A DNA stretch of 64,000 bases, from contig CP129474.1 of NCBI GenBank assembly GCA_030583765.1, forward strand, positions 137,709-201,708, read 5' to 3'. Below, in pieces: positions 25,383-35,974 of this stretch (position 1 is the stretch's first letter; each line of letters begins with the position of its first letter). The translations under genes were made by a program, and so were the position numbers. Source of the stretch: Minisyncoccota bacterium. GTDB lineage: Bacteria > Patescibacteriota > Minisyncoccia > 2-02-FULL-40-12 > GWA2-44-9. The notes beneath the pieces were generated by a model. The model was not told the origin of the DNA. It saw only the letters and a list, made by a program, of their open reading frames with translations, and did not search any database.

Positions 25383-26522
25383 CTAGAGTATACTCTTGAG
25401 CACCGCATCCGCAACTTGAGCCGCCGCATCCGGACGCGCACCCGTGCGCATAAGGGCACTTACTCGTGTGCGCTCTTCAGGATTTAAAAGGGCACGAATC
25501 TGATTCATGAGAATGTGAGGGGTGATATTTTCTCCCTCTACAATGCGTACGCCAAACTGGGCAACAGCAGTTGCGTTCGCAAGCTGGTGTCCGTGAGCGG
25601 CCCACGCAAGCGGCACAACAACTGCCGGCTTACCAAGAAGGAGTAGTTCAGCAAGAGTGCCGGCACCCGCGCGAGCAACAACGACATCTGCAAGGGCATA
25701 CGCATCAGCAAGGTCTTTGCCATCAAGGAATGGCACGGCAGCATAACGTGCCGCAATGCGGTCGCCATATGAGCCAGCACCGTCTCGAATTAACCGTTCA
25801 CGTTCTGTTTGCACAACAGGGTGATTCACCGTCCCACACTGGTGAATAACGTTTGCGGTTTCCGTCATTTCAGCAATTCCCGAAAGGATAATGTCGTTTA
25901 TTTGTTGCGCTCCCTGACTTCCTCCAAGCACAAGAAGTGTGGGGATGCCATCTGCCACGTGAAACGTGGCGAGTGCACGAGCACGATCGCCCGCAGAAAT
26001 ATCGGGACGCACTGGATTACCGGTTACCAGAGTAGGGACTTTGCCAAAAAAACGCTGTGCCTCTGAAAAACCCAAAAACACGCCGCGCGCAAACGGCGCG
26101 AGAATGCGCTGCACCGAACCAGGAATCGTATCTGACTCGTGGAGAAAGAGTGGAATGAAATAAAGACGCGCGGCTAGAGAAGGAGCAAACGAATCGTATC
26201 CTCCCTTACTTATCACCGCATCGGGCATAAACCAGAGGAGTCGCCACAGCGCCTGGATAAAGCCGATGCACGTTTTGACGCCCTCCCAAGGAAGACGAAA
26301 GGCACTCCGATCAGTTTTTCCTGCAATAATTGATGTATGTGCAAACCCATACTCTTGCGCAGCACGCGCAAGAAACCCATCGCGCCCGCCCGCACCCATC
26401 ATAAGGATCCGTACCGAGTGCCCCTGCGCCTCACCGCGCTCTACCAGCGCGCGAGCAATTGCTGCAAGTGGAAATGCATGTCCACCTGAACCGCCACCGA
26501 CGAGAAGAAAGCGAAGTTCCAT
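25383..26522 (-). CDS. murG: Undecaprenyldiphospho-muramoylpentapeptide beta-N-acetylglucosaminyltransferase MurG
   Basis: N-terminal GGGSGGHAFP motif and GT-B C-terminal domain. Confidence 0.85.
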   Translation of the reverse strand: MELRFLLVGGGSGGHAFPLAAIARALVERGEAQGHSVRILMMGAGGRDGFLARAAQEYGFAHTSIIAGKTDRSAFRLPWEGVKTCIGFIQALWRLLWFMPDAVISKGGYDSFAPSLAARLYFIPLFLHESDTIPGSVQRILAPFARGVFLGFSEAQRFFGKVPTLVTGNPVRPDISAGDRARALATFHVADGIPTLLVLGGSQGAQQINDIILSGIAEMTETANVIHQCGTVNHPVVQTERERLIRDGAGSYGDRIAARYAAVPFLDGKDLADAYALADVVVARAGAGTLAELLLLGKPAVVVPLAWAAHGHQLANATAVAQFGVRIVEGENITPHILMNQIRALLNPEERTRVSALMRTGARPDAAAQVADAVLKSIL

Positions 26523-26531
26523 AATAACGTA

Positions 26532-27176
26532 TTACCCGATGCGATCAGGAGTTGGCTTCACAACGCCACGAGGCACTTTACGTCGCAGATCATTGTATAT
26601 CAGTAACTGTACTCCCATTCCCGCCATCGTAAAGAGTCCGGCGATAAAAAAGACTGATTGAAATCCAAAGCGCGTTGCGAGGAGTCCTCCAAGCGCCGCA
26701 GCGCACGCACCCGAAATACCAATTGCAACCGACTCGAGAGACCACTCGACATTCTCCTGCCCTCGATCAATGTGGCGAGTAAAAATGGCATACCATGGTG
26801 GCACGGTTAATGCGAGGCCGAGACCAAACAACCCTTGGATTAAGTAAATGTGAAGAGGCACCGATGCAAAGAGGTATAAAAACGGTGTTGCGGAGACAAG
26901 CGCCGTTCCAAGCACCATCGAGATGAAGTCGTCATACTCCCCATGATTTTTATCAAGATATCGGGCTGTAGGGATTTGGAAAATCACCTTGCAGAATTGT
27001 GCGATTGCTGTCCCGAAACCGACAACCTGCACCGAGCCGCCATCGATTTGTTGCGTAACGAAGACCGCAAAGATGGGACCAAAAGAGGAGAAGCCCGAAT
27101 TGATAAGAAAATCTGACGTGATGAGAGTTTTGATAACGTGATTGATCCGCATTACCTCCATTGTACCGAAAAACAA
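26532..27176 (-). CDS. Half-size MFS-like membrane protein (6 TM); possible remnant
   Basis: 214 aa resembling the C-terminal half of an MFS transporter; no N-terminal six-helix half upstream. Confidence 0.45.
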   Translation of the reverse strand: MFFGTMEVMRINHVIKTLITSDFLINSGFSSFGPIFAVFVTQQIDGGSVQVVGFGTAIAQFCKVIFQIPTARYLDKNHGEYDDFISMVLGTALVSATPFLYLFASVPLHIYLIQGLFGLGLALTVPPWYAIFTRHIDRGQENVEWSLESVAIGISGACAAALGGLLATRFGFQSVFFIAGLFTMAGMGVQLLIYNDLRRKVPRGVVKPTPDRIG

Positions 27177-27215
27177 AGCAACGCCGCAATGCGGCGTCGG
27201 GGATTCTTTTTTCTA
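27165..27215. terminator. Bidirectional hairpin terminator after the S8 peptidase gene
   Basis: ACGCCGC-aat-GCGGCGT perfect stem with T-rich tracts on both sides. Confidence 0.5.
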
Positions 27216-27221
27216 GAAGCG

Positions 27222-28412
27222 CTACTGACTTATGACCGGAGTACCAAGACCCGTTGCGTTATCTTCTCCCTCAACTCCTTGATCGCGAGCAATCTTTTCT
27301 AAAACGTCACGAACATAGTACGCAGGGTTTTTGACCGTTGCATTCCACACTTTTGCGGCAACGCCCGCAATATGCGGCGCAGCGACTGAGGTACCTGACA
27401 ATTCAGCATATCCACCGAGAAGCCATGGGCCCTGTATGCGTATGCCAGGAGCAGCAAATGCAATATCTCCCTCTTCTAACACTCCCAAGAGAGAACGAGA
27501 GTTAGTACCGCGCGAACTCCATTCAGGCGTGCCGCCTTGCGCGTCGAGCGCACCAACAGCAAGAACGCCGGGCAAGCGCGCAGGAATATCAATACTTCCC
27601 GCGTATGGCCCGTCATTACCCGCCGCAGCGATTACCAACGCACCTTTGTCGGTTGCGTACTTTACCGCGTTGGCAAGAATGCTGTGTGCAGAATCGGCAC
27701 CCATACTCACCACGATAATCTGCGCACCATCGTCAACGCCGGCACGAATTGCCGCAGCGACATCGTCGACCCAACATTCGCCATCTTCTGAGCACGCTCG
27801 GTAAACGGCGAGCGATGCTTCAGGGGCAACACCAAAAACACCCAGCCCATCCTCTCCACCATCAGCCGCAATAACACCTGCAACATGCGTACCGTGACCG
27901 TTGGTGTCTACACAACTGGTAGAGCTCCCTCGTGCAACGGTAAAGTCCTTACAGATAGTGACGCGGCGGTCGAGATCCGGATGTTGGGCAATGCCAGTAT
28001 CAATGACAGCAACCGTCACACCCTTGCCGCCAACAGGCCGAGTGGCCAGAGAGGGAAGATCGTACATAGAGCCAACGCCCCAAGGGATCGAAGCATCCGG
28101 CAGAGAGCGCTCTCCTGAAGCCTCTAAGATAAACAGCTGCTTAATAGGCTGAGTTTCAATATTCAGTGCGCGAGCAACGCGAAGCTGCCAATCAGAAAGA
28201 TTGGCAGAAAACCCATCCGGGAATACGTGTCGAGCACCGAAACTGTTTCGCCACAGAGGCGACTGCGACTTCACAAAAAACCGGGATTCCGGATTTGATT
28301 GCTTAGTTGCCGCGCTTGCGGAATGCGAGAGTGAGAGCGCTAGGAAAAGCGCACAAAACACCGCATATTTCCTAAGTTTCATAACGTTCTCCCAGTATAC
28401 CATATTCACCAT
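27222..28412 (-). CDS. Secreted S8 family (subtilisin-like) serine peptidase
   Basis: Signal peptide; catalytic triad motifs VAVIDTGI (Asp), HGTHVAGVIAA (His), GTSVAAPHIAGVAA (Ser). Confidence 0.85.
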   Translation of the reverse strand: MVNMVYWENVMKLRKYAVFCALFLALSLSHSASAATKQSNPESRFFVKSQSPLWRNSFGARHVFPDGFSANLSDWQLRVARALNIETQPIKQLFILEASGERSLPDASIPWGVGSMYDLPSLATRPVGGKGVTVAVIDTGIAQHPDLDRRVTICKDFTVARGSSTSCVDTNGHGTHVAGVIAADGGEDGLGVFGVAPEASLAVYRACSEDGECWVDDVAAAIRAGVDDGAQIIVVSMGADSAHSILANAVKYATDKGALVIAAAGNDGPYAGSIDIPARLPGVLAVGALDAQGGTPEWSSRGTNSRSLLGVLEEGDIAFAAPGIRIQGPWLLGGYAELSGTSVAAPHIAGVAAKVWNATVKNPAYYVRDVLEKIARDQGVEGEDNATGLGTPVISQ

Positions 28413-28433
28413 CTCTGGGCAACGCGAGGACGC

Positions 28434-29111
28434 TTACGTGCGCGGACCAAAAAATATACGGAATACCTTGTGTGAGAATGTATGGATGCGCTCTATACCC
28501 TCTGTGATATCAAGGTATTCAGAGATAACAGAACGGAATATCGAACGAAAGAGAATAATCAGCGCGATAGTAACAAGAGCTACTAAAATAATATTACTCA
28601 CATTGTCCCAATAATCGACAAACGCCTGATAGCTGGCGCCAAAGAAAAACCCAAAGCCCGCGACAATGCCGACCCAAATGATAGAACCCGCGATGTTGTA
28701 GAGTGAGAATTTGCGGAGAGGATATTTTAAAGACCCTGCGAGAATTTGTGTCACGATGGTGATCGAAAATGTGACTTTAGCAAGAAAAATCACCGCCCCC
28801 CCATACTGTTCAAATGCTCTGCGCACTCGAGCTAAGAGCCGTTCCCGGCCTGGACGATCTTTCACAAACCATTGGAGCGATGCTGTACCGCCCCACGCCC
28901 CGGCTCCAAACCACATATATCCAGCAAGGATTTCTCCGGCACTCAGCACTAACACACCGGGCACAAAGGAAATGGCCCCGATAGAAATTAAAAAGCCCCC
29001 CACAAGGAGCGCGCTAAATCCTTCGATAAAAAGCCCCACAAAAAGAATAGGGTACCAATACTGGTCAATGCTACCGATGTACCCCTGTATAGTTTGAATA
29101 AACGCCTCCAT
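28434..29111 (-). CDS. DedA/TVP38 family membrane protein
   Basis: 225 aa with the DedA-type re-entrant loop pattern (GxxxGxxxG...W) and multiple TM segments. Confidence 0.7.
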   Translation of the reverse strand: MEAFIQTIQGYIGSIDQYWYPILFVGLFIEGFSALLVGGFLISIGAISFVPGVLVLSAGEILAGYMWFGAGAWGGTASLQWFVKDRPGRERLLARVRRAFEQYGGAVIFLAKVTFSITIVTQILAGSLKYPLRKFSLYNIAGSIIWVGIVAGFGFFFGASYQAFVDYWDNVSNIILVALVTIALIILFRSIFRSVISEYLDITEGIERIHTFSHKVFRIFFGPRT

Positions 29112-29112
29112 A

Positions 29113-29727
29113 CTAGTGCGTCACCAGACTTACCAGCTGCGCAATGTCTTTCTGTAACGTTGGGAGCATATTACGATTATACACCGCTACCGCAGGATGG
29201 TAGAGGGGCATAACGTGGATGGCGCCCCATGGCGCTGTTCCCAAAAATGCCGTGCCGTGAATGTGACTAATAGGCTTTAACTCATGGCCAATACCGTACA
29301 GCTCCATAATATACGCCATCGCGAAGCGCCCAAGAGGGACTACAACGTTCGGTCGTATAATAGTGAGCTGGCGTTCAAGAAATGGGCCATAGAGCGCGAT
29401 CTCTTCGGGAAGTGGGTCGCGATTCATGGGAGGCCGGTCCTTCACTACATTTGTAATGTACACGTCACTACGCGCAATCCCAACGCCCTGGAGCAAAGCA
29501 TCGAGCACTTTTCCAGATGCTCCACAGAATGGTCTCCCCGTCTTTGCCTCATTTTTACCAGGCGCCTCCCCCACAAAGACAATGCGCGCGTCATGACTCC
29601 CCTCGCCGATAACTGGAAAGGCTCCGGACTCTGCCCGTTCACGATAGAGTGGCGATGTAGTGAGTGCAAATACCTCATCTTTTATCGCCCTCATAAGTTG
29701 CGTGCGCTGAGATGGTTCGCTATGCAT
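29113..29727 (-). CDS. Uracil-DNA glycosylase, family 4
   Basis: GEAPG...F motif (VFVGEAPGKNEAKTGRPFCGASG) and C-terminal HPAA-like motif. Start set at M12 to avoid a 41-nt overlap with the upstream gene. Confidence 0.75.
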   Translation of the reverse strand: MHSEPSQRTQLMRAIKDEVFALTTSPLYRERAESGAFPVIGEGSHDARIVFVGEAPGKNEAKTGRPFCGASGKVLDALLQGVGIARSDVYITNVVKDRPPMNRDPLPEEIALYGPFLERQLTIIRPNVVVPLGRFAMAYIMELYGIGHELKPISHIHGTAFLGTAPWGAIHVMPLYHPAVAVYNRNMLPTLQKDIAQLVSLVTH

Positions 29728-31009
29728 CGTACCAATGTGTACGCATTGTACTGAATGCACCTAGTAAAAGCCAGAATGCCATTCGCCCCTGATGGATTGT
29801 CCAGAAGAAGTGATCAAAAAGCCCAAGGATCAAGATAGAGGCACACACGCCCCAAAATACATAATCTCTCCTCAGAGCAACGTGACGTAATTCCTGAAAG
29901 ACACGGACAAGCCACCACACAATAAGCAGTGATCCAATGACGCCAAGTTCTGTAAAGACCAAGAGAGGCACGCTGTGTGCAGGCTGATAATATTGGCGGG
30001 GCAGAAAGGGCACGGCCCCAGCGAGCCATGTAGTGTATTGCCCAACCCCCACGCCAGCGATGGTAGAAAAGCTAAAAGGGTGCTCTGATGCCTCCTGCAC
30101 CGATTCTCGTACATACAACGCCCGCAGACGTACAGCTTCTTCGCCTGCATCAATGCGAGCGCGTGTCAGAAAGTAGTGTGGAAAGAGAAGAAAGATCGAC
30201 ACAACACCAACACCGACTCCCCACACGAAAGCTCGCGGTAGGGCGCGCACCTGATTCCGAATTATCATCACCAATCCAATCACCGCTCCAGCAAACCATG
30301 CGGTGCGCGAAAAAGAGAGCGCATATGCCCATGTCCACGCGGCCGCGAGGATGCCAAGTGCCCATGAGCGAGAGAAGCGGGTCGCCCCCATCCCAAGACA
30401 CAGCGCAAGAAGCATCCATGCAGCGAGCACATTTGCATGCGGAAATGTCCCATAGGCACGCAGCACCGGAACTGCATCAACAAAGAAAGATGCGACCCCA
30501 AACATTCCCGGAGCCAGAAGCGTCTCACCAAGCATGCGCAGGCCGATATCATGCTGCACGAGAAACTGCGCAATCGCGATGAAAGCCTGCACCGAAACAC
30601 CGATGCCCAACGCGATTGCTGTGCGTGCGCCAGACACAAAGGTGCCAATTGTAGTGCGCGCCATGATATACACACTCACGCCTTGAATAAGTCGTAGCCA
30701 CACGTGAAGCGCCGTTCCCACGCTATCAGACCATATAAGACCCATCAGAGCCCAGATAAGCACTGCGCCGAGAATTGTGTCGCTCGGGCGCCATAGAGAT
30801 GTCCGTCTCCGCCACGTGCGCAACGCCCAAAGCAATACAACGCCTCCATAGAGGAAATCGGATGCATACAAAAATGCAGAGCGCCATTCTATAAAATACC
30901 AGTCAGCAGACCATAGCACCCAGCGTGTTTGTACGGGAAGAAGCGCACACCACGCATACCATATAATGCGCTCAATCCGACCTGCATACTTACGCAAAAA
31001 GAAGCTCAT
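29720..31009 (-). CDS. O-antigen ligase (Wzy_C)-like polytopic membrane protein
   Basis: 429 aa, about 10-12 TM with a large periplasmic loop typical of the WaaL/O-antigen ligase family. Confidence 0.55.
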   Translation of the reverse strand: MSFFLRKYAGRIERIIWYAWCALLPVQTRWVLWSADWYFIEWRSAFLYASDFLYGGVVLLWALRTWRRRTSLWRPSDTILGAVLIWALMGLIWSDSVGTALHVWLRLIQGVSVYIMARTTIGTFVSGARTAIALGIGVSVQAFIAIAQFLVQHDIGLRMLGETLLAPGMFGVASFFVDAVPVLRAYGTFPHANVLAAWMLLALCLGMGATRFSRSWALGILAAAWTWAYALSFSRTAWFAGAVIGLVMIIRNQVRALPRAFVWGVGVGVVSIFLLFPHYFLTRARIDAGEEAVRLRALYVRESVQEASEHPFSFSTIAGVGVGQYTTWLAGAVPFLPRQYYQPAHSVPLLVFTELGVIGSLLIVWWLVRVFQELRHVALRRDYVFWGVCASILILGLFDHFFWTIHQGRMAFWLLLGAFSTMRTHWYDA

Positions 31010-32147
31010 ATATCACTCCCCCCACAAACACCATAGCAAGCGCTATTTGAAGCGCAATAGGAATATGCACCTTATATTCTGGGTCACGCGTACCTTCTTT
31101 TTGGGACCGCTGGTACAGCATAATAAGTACGACGGATTCAATCCCAATTGCCAGAGTGCCAATCAGACCAATCACCGTGATGAAACTTCGTAGGCCAAGG
31201 ATATACAGAAGGATGGGCGGAAGCCCAGCAAGTACCAGCGCCCACCGACGCGGAATACCATAATCGAGCCTGAAGATATCAGTAAGTGCTGTGCCCAACA
31301 TAAGATACGACGTTGTGATCGCAACCACCCCGAAGAGTGACCCGAGTGTCACAATGAGGTGACCAACCCCGCCCAGCGTATCGGCAAGGTTCGTCAACGC
31401 CTGCGGCTCGGTATTCGGTCCCATCACACCCACGACAGCGGTCGTGAACAAGAGAAAGAGCGTACCAACAATACTCACCGCAGTAATAATAGAGGGGCGC
31501 AATAAGCGCTCTTTTCCACGCAACACCTCGCGTTGGATGGGTAGCGATGTTAACCCTGCAAACGCAAAGAGAAGCACTCCGTAGGGCAAAAACCAAAAGT
31601 CACTATTAAAACCCTGAAGGTGCTCGACGGATATGTGGGGGACGCTCACCCCCGCAATGGATACAATGATGAGCGTAAATATAATTGCAAGACCAAACTC
31701 TATTGTTGCGATGGTGCGGAAGCCAAATGGCAAAATACACGAAACGACCAAGAAGAATGCGAATGAGAACCAACTCGCTTCAAGTCCAGTGAAAGGTCCG
31801 GCGAGCCCGGAAAGAAATTCCCCTGCCGCAATAATGTATGCGAGCAATGCCCCAGAAATACCAAGGACATTTGCGAGAAGCACGATGCGCTGTGATGTGA
31901 GGCCGAGATATTGTCGCGTGTATCCAACAAGCTGGTGCTTGCCTCGTGTTCGCAAGATCACTTCCGAGAACATTAAATTCATCGCGATCGTCGCGGAGAT
32001 GGTTAAGGCAAAAAAAATAAGGCCCATGCCGAAGCCAGCCTTTGCAAACGCAAACGGAATACCAAAAATGCCGACGCCGACCATCGTCCCCGCAAGTACT
32101 GCAGTAGCGTGAAGAAATTGCGGATCGAAAAAATACCCAGCGCGCAT
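30990..32147 (-). CDS. Amino acid permease-type transporter
   Basis: 385 aa, 10-11 TM, N-terminal GxG motifs typical of APC/aromatic amino acid permease families. Confidence 0.6.
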   Translation of the reverse strand: MRAGYFFDPQFLHATAVLAGTMVGVGIFGIPFAFAKAGFGMGLIFFALTISATIAMNLMFSEVILRTRGKHQLVGYTRQYLGLTSQRIVLLANVLGISGALLAYIIAAGEFLSGLAGPFTGLEASWFSFAFFLVVSCILPFGFRTIATIEFGLAIIFTLIIVSIAGVSVPHISVEHLQGFNSDFWFLPYGVLLFAFAGLTSLPIQREVLRGKERLLRPSIITAVSIVGTLFLLFTTAVVGVMGPNTEPQALTNLADTLGGVGHLIVTLGSLFGVVAITTSYLMLGTALTDIFRLDYGIPRRWALVLAGLPPILLYILGLRSFITVIGLIGTLAIGIESVVLIMLYQRSQKEGTRDPEYKVHIPIALQIALAMVFVGGVIYELLFA

Positions 32148-32190
32148 ATGCAGAGCATATCACGCGCCCTAGGCGCCAGAAAGGGATATG

Positions 32191-34575
32191 TTATGCCCGC
32201 AGCGCGATCTTGAGCACATCATCCATCGTGCGCACGAAATGAACAGTCACACGCTTCTTGATCTCCGCAGGAATGTCCTCCAAATCTTTCTTATTATCCA
32301 TCGGAAGTATGACGTGGCGGATGCCAGCTCGATGCGCACCAAGTACCTTTTCTTTTACGCCACCGATTTCCAATACCTTACCACGGAGGGTCACCTCGCC
32401 CGTCATAGCAACGTCGCGACGCACAGGAGCGCCAGAAAAAAGAGAGATGAGGGCAGTTGCAAGACCTGTACCCGCGGACGGACCATCTTTTTTAATCGCC
32501 CCTGAAGGAAGGTGAATGTGTACGTCAAAAGCACCAAAATCTTCTTTGGTCTTTTTGTGCTTCGCCACATAGCCACGCGCAAAACTCAAAGCAGCTTGCG
32601 CAGACTCACGGGTCATGTCTCCCAGTTGTCCTGTAAGAGTAAGACGTCCTTTGCCAGGCATCATCGTCGCCTCGATCGTGAGTACGTCGCCGCCAGTTGG
32701 CATCCACACCATGCCTGTTGCTACACCAATTTCATCTTTTGCTTCCGCTTTCTGGTGGGTGAACTTCACGGGGCCTAGGTACGTATGAAGAGTTGCAGGT
32801 GTAATTGCAATTGATGTCTTCTTAGGATTTTGCACGAGTTGGCGCGTAGCTTTGCGCACAACGGTAGCAATCTGCCGCTCGAGATCGCGCACGCCCGCTT
32901 CATAGGTATGCTTGGTGACAATATCCTTAAGCACTGGAACAGGGAATGTTACTGAGCGCTTCGTCAGGCCGTGATTTTCGAGAACCTTTGGGAGGATAAA
33001 TTGTTTCGCGATCTCAATTTTTTCAAGCTCGGTATATCCAGGGAAACGGATGATCTCGAGACGATCACGCAACGCCGGTGGAATGGTATCAAGCGTATTC
33101 GCCGTTGCGATAAAAAGAACGTCCGAAAGATCGAATGGTACCTCAAGATAGTGATCTGAGAATGAACTGTTTTGCTCCGGATCAAGGGCTTCAAGGAGCG
33201 CCGCGGATGGATCTCCTCGAAAATCGGCGCCGATTTTATCGATTTCATCGAGCATAATCACGGGATTCTTCACCTTTGCGTTGTTCATGCTCTGAATGAT
33301 GCGGCCCGGCATCGCCCCTACGTACGTGCGACGGTGCCCACGGATTTCAGCTTCATCGCGGATGCCGCCAAGCGACATGCGCACAAAAGTGCGCCCCAGT
33401 GCACGGGCGATAGATTTCCCGACAGATGTTTTTCCAGTTCCTGGCGGACCGACAAAACACAAGATAGGACCGCGGAGTTTCGCAACCTTCTTTTTTACGG
33501 CAATATATTCCAAAATACGCTCCTTCACCTTCTCCATGCCGTGGTGGTCGGTGTGTAAGATTTTTTCCGCCTCCTTGAGATCGATTTTTTCTTCCGAGAT
33601 TTTCTGCCACGGTAGCTCAATCAACCAATCTAAGTATGTACGGATGTAAGAGGTCTCCGGACTGTATGGGGGCATGCGGGAAAGGCGGCCAAGCTCCTTG
33701 AGGGCCTTCGCCTCTGTTTCTTCTGGCATATGCGTTGCGAGAATTTTTTCACGCAATACCTCAAACTCAGCCTGCTCGTCATCAACGCCAAGCTCTTTTT
33801 CAATACTCTTCATTTGCTCACGCAGGAACATCTCTCGTTGCATCTTTCCAATCTTCTTCTTTGTTTCGCGGGCGAGCGAGCGTTCTGTTTCAAGAATTTC
33901 TAGTTCGCGCGCAATGAGCACGTTTAAATGAGAAAGCGCATCCTTGCTTGCAACCTGCTCAAGCACACGCTGCTGATCGTCGGGGCCACCATGGTTCACG
34001 TTCACTGCAACGAAGCTAATAATTTGTTCGACGTCTTTACTGTTAGAGATCATGAATGCAACCTCTGGGGCAACTGATTGCACAGAGCGTAGTTCTGAAA
34101 TTTTCAAAAACTGATCAATAACACGGCGCAGCAAAACCTGCGTCGGGAGATCATCGTGTGTGTGCTGCAGAGGCAATGCGGAAACGCGCACGCGGAACAG
34201 CGGATCATCCTGAAGGATGTTTTCCAAGCGCACACGCATGATGCCCTCTACGTCTACCTTTGCCGAACCGTCCGGAAGGCGGAATACAGAAATAACTCTG
34301 CCCACAACGCCAATGCGATAGAAGTCATCCGCCGAGACATCATCGCGCATATCCTTTTGCGCAACAAAACACACGAGCTGATCTCGAGCCATAGCAACAT
34401 CTAAAGCATGCACAGACTTCTGGCGCTGAACCACCAGAGGCATGACGATCTTTGGGAAAAGCACCGTATTTTTCAACGGAATTAACGGCAGCTCTTCTGG
34501 AATTGAAATGGTTGCCATATGGAGAGAATAACGGACAAGCGCCCCTATCCTAGCATGGAGGGCCGCTAAAATCAA
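32191..34575 (-). CDS. lon: ATP-dependent Lon protease
   Basis: LON N-domain, AAA+ Walker A GPPGTGKTS, catalytic PKDGPSAG serine and K dyad. Confidence 0.9.
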   Translation of the reverse strand: MILAALHARIGALVRYSLHMATISIPEELPLIPLKNTVLFPKIVMPLVVQRQKSVHALDVAMARDQLVCFVAQKDMRDDVSADDFYRIGVVGRVISVFRLPDGSAKVDVEGIMRVRLENILQDDPLFRVRVSALPLQHTHDDLPTQVLLRRVIDQFLKISELRSVQSVAPEVAFMISNSKDVEQIISFVAVNVNHGGPDDQQRVLEQVASKDALSHLNVLIARELEILETERSLARETKKKIGKMQREMFLREQMKSIEKELGVDDEQAEFEVLREKILATHMPEETEAKALKELGRLSRMPPYSPETSYIRTYLDWLIELPWQKISEEKIDLKEAEKILHTDHHGMEKVKERILEYIAVKKKVAKLRGPILCFVGPPGTGKTSVGKSIARALGRTFVRMSLGGIRDEAEIRGHRRTYVGAMPGRIIQSMNNAKVKNPVIMLDEIDKIGADFRGDPSAALLEALDPEQNSSFSDHYLEVPFDLSDVLFIATANTLDTIPPALRDRLEIIRFPGYTELEKIEIAKQFILPKVLENHGLTKRSVTFPVPVLKDIVTKHTYEAGVRDLERQIATVVRKATRQLVQNPKKTSIAITPATLHTYLGPVKFTHQKAEAKDEIGVATGMVWMPTGGDVLTIEATMMPGKGRLTLTGQLGDMTRESAQAALSFARGYVAKHKKTKEDFGAFDVHIHLPSGAIKKDGPSAGTGLATALISLFSGAPVRRDVAMTGEVTLRGKVLEIGGVKEKVLGAHRAGIRHVILPMDNKKDLEDIPAEIKKRVTVHFVRTMDDVLKIALRA

Positions 34576-34583
34576 CCCGTTTT

Positions 34584-35966
34584 TTATTTTTCGTCAAGAG
34601 GGAATGAAGCCCCTTGGTCTGGCGTGAACGCCTCAACGCCAAGCTCTGTAGTAATGCGCTCACTTAATGCTGCAACAGCATCCGGCTCCCCTTGTACAAC
34701 AAACACGCGAGAGAGCTTGCCCTTAGCATGAATGCGCTTGAGAAAATCCATGAGCCCCTGCTGATCTGCGTGTGCTGAATATCCGCCAATTGCCTTCACG
34801 CGGCATTTCACCGGAACCGGTTGGCCAAAGATGGTGACTTGCGGCTCTTTGTCGAGAATGCGCCTCCCAAGACTTCCTTGTACTTGATACCCCACAAATA
34901 AAATGGTGCTCTTTGGGTCGGGAAGATATCGCGTTTCATGGTGCAAGATGCGACCACCTTGCGACATACCCGATCCTGCAATAATAATCTTCGCGCCTCG
35001 GACATTGTTAATGCTCTTTGATTGCTCCACTGTGTGCGTGAACGTAAGCCACGGGAAAGAGAAGAGGCCGCCATATTTCTCCAGTGTTTGCACTGCATCA
35101 CTATTCATATAGTTTGAGAATTTACTGTATACCTCAGTGATATGAATAGCGAGCGGGCTGTCTACAAACACAGAGATGGAGCTAGGAATTTGCCCCGTGC
35201 TGAAAAGCTCTTCGAGTTCAAGTAAAATTTCCTGCGTTCGCTCAATGGCAAACGAAGGGATCATCAGCGTTCCTTCCGAACGGACTGTTTCTAAAATAGT
35301 ATCGCGCAAGATCGTGCGTCGTTCATCACGATCCTCATGCAAGCGATTGCCGTATGCGGCTTCAATAATGACATCGTGAGCAGCTCCTGGCTCATCAATG
35401 GGATCCAAAATAGCCGAAGGAGGATTGCCGAGATCGCCCGTAAAGAGCACAAGTCGCTCCCCCGACGCCTCAGGGATGCGCACTTCTACAAATGCCGAGC
35501 CGAGAATGTGGCTTGATTGACGAAATGTGACCGTCAACGAGCCGACACCTCGCGGCTCGTCGTAGCGGATAGGTTCAATGAGCTGAAGGACGGCTTCAAC
35601 ATCTTCACGATAATACATCGGCTGACGGCCTTCCTCCTGGGCATCTTGCATCATCTTCTCAAACGTATCAAAAAGTGCGACGCGCATAACTGCAGCTGAA
35701 GGCTCGGTTGCCAACACCGCTCCGCGAAATCCATCACGATAGAGCTTCGGCAAACGCCCTACGTGATCTGCATGACTGTGGGTAATGCAAATAGCACCAA
35801 CAGAAACTGGATTATATGCGAAAGGCTCAAAGTTGAGAGATTCATTGTAGCGTGAACCCTGGAAGAGGCCGCAATCGATGAGAATACGTGCATCATTAGT
35901 TTCAATAAGGTAGTTCGATCCCGTAACCGTTTTTGTGCCCCCGTGAAATGAAAGAGTTTTTGCCAT
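34584..35966 (-). CDS. MBL-fold metallo-hydrolase, beta-CASP RNA-processing ribonuclease family
   Basis: ITHSHADHVG metal motif, beta-CASP region and RMMBL-like C-terminal segment. Confidence 0.7.
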   Translation of the reverse strand: MAKTLSFHGGTKTVTGSNYLIETNDARILIDCGLFQGSRYNESLNFEPFAYNPVSVGAICITHSHADHVGRLPKLYRDGFRGAVLATEPSAAVMRVALFDTFEKMMQDAQEEGRQPMYYREDVEAVLQLIEPIRYDEPRGVGSLTVTFRQSSHILGSAFVEVRIPEASGERLVLFTGDLGNPPSAILDPIDEPGAAHDVIIEAAYGNRLHEDRDERRTILRDTILETVRSEGTLMIPSFAIERTQEILLELEELFSTGQIPSSISVFVDSPLAIHITEVYSKFSNYMNSDAVQTLEKYGGLFSFPWLTFTHTVEQSKSINNVRGAKIIIAGSGMSQGGRILHHETRYLPDPKSTILFVGYQVQGSLGRRILDKEPQVTIFGQPVPVKCRVKAIGGYSAHADQQGLMDFLKRIHAKGKLSRVFVVQGEPDAVAALSERITTELGVEAFTPDQGASFPLDEK

Positions 35967-35974
35967 GAGTAATG

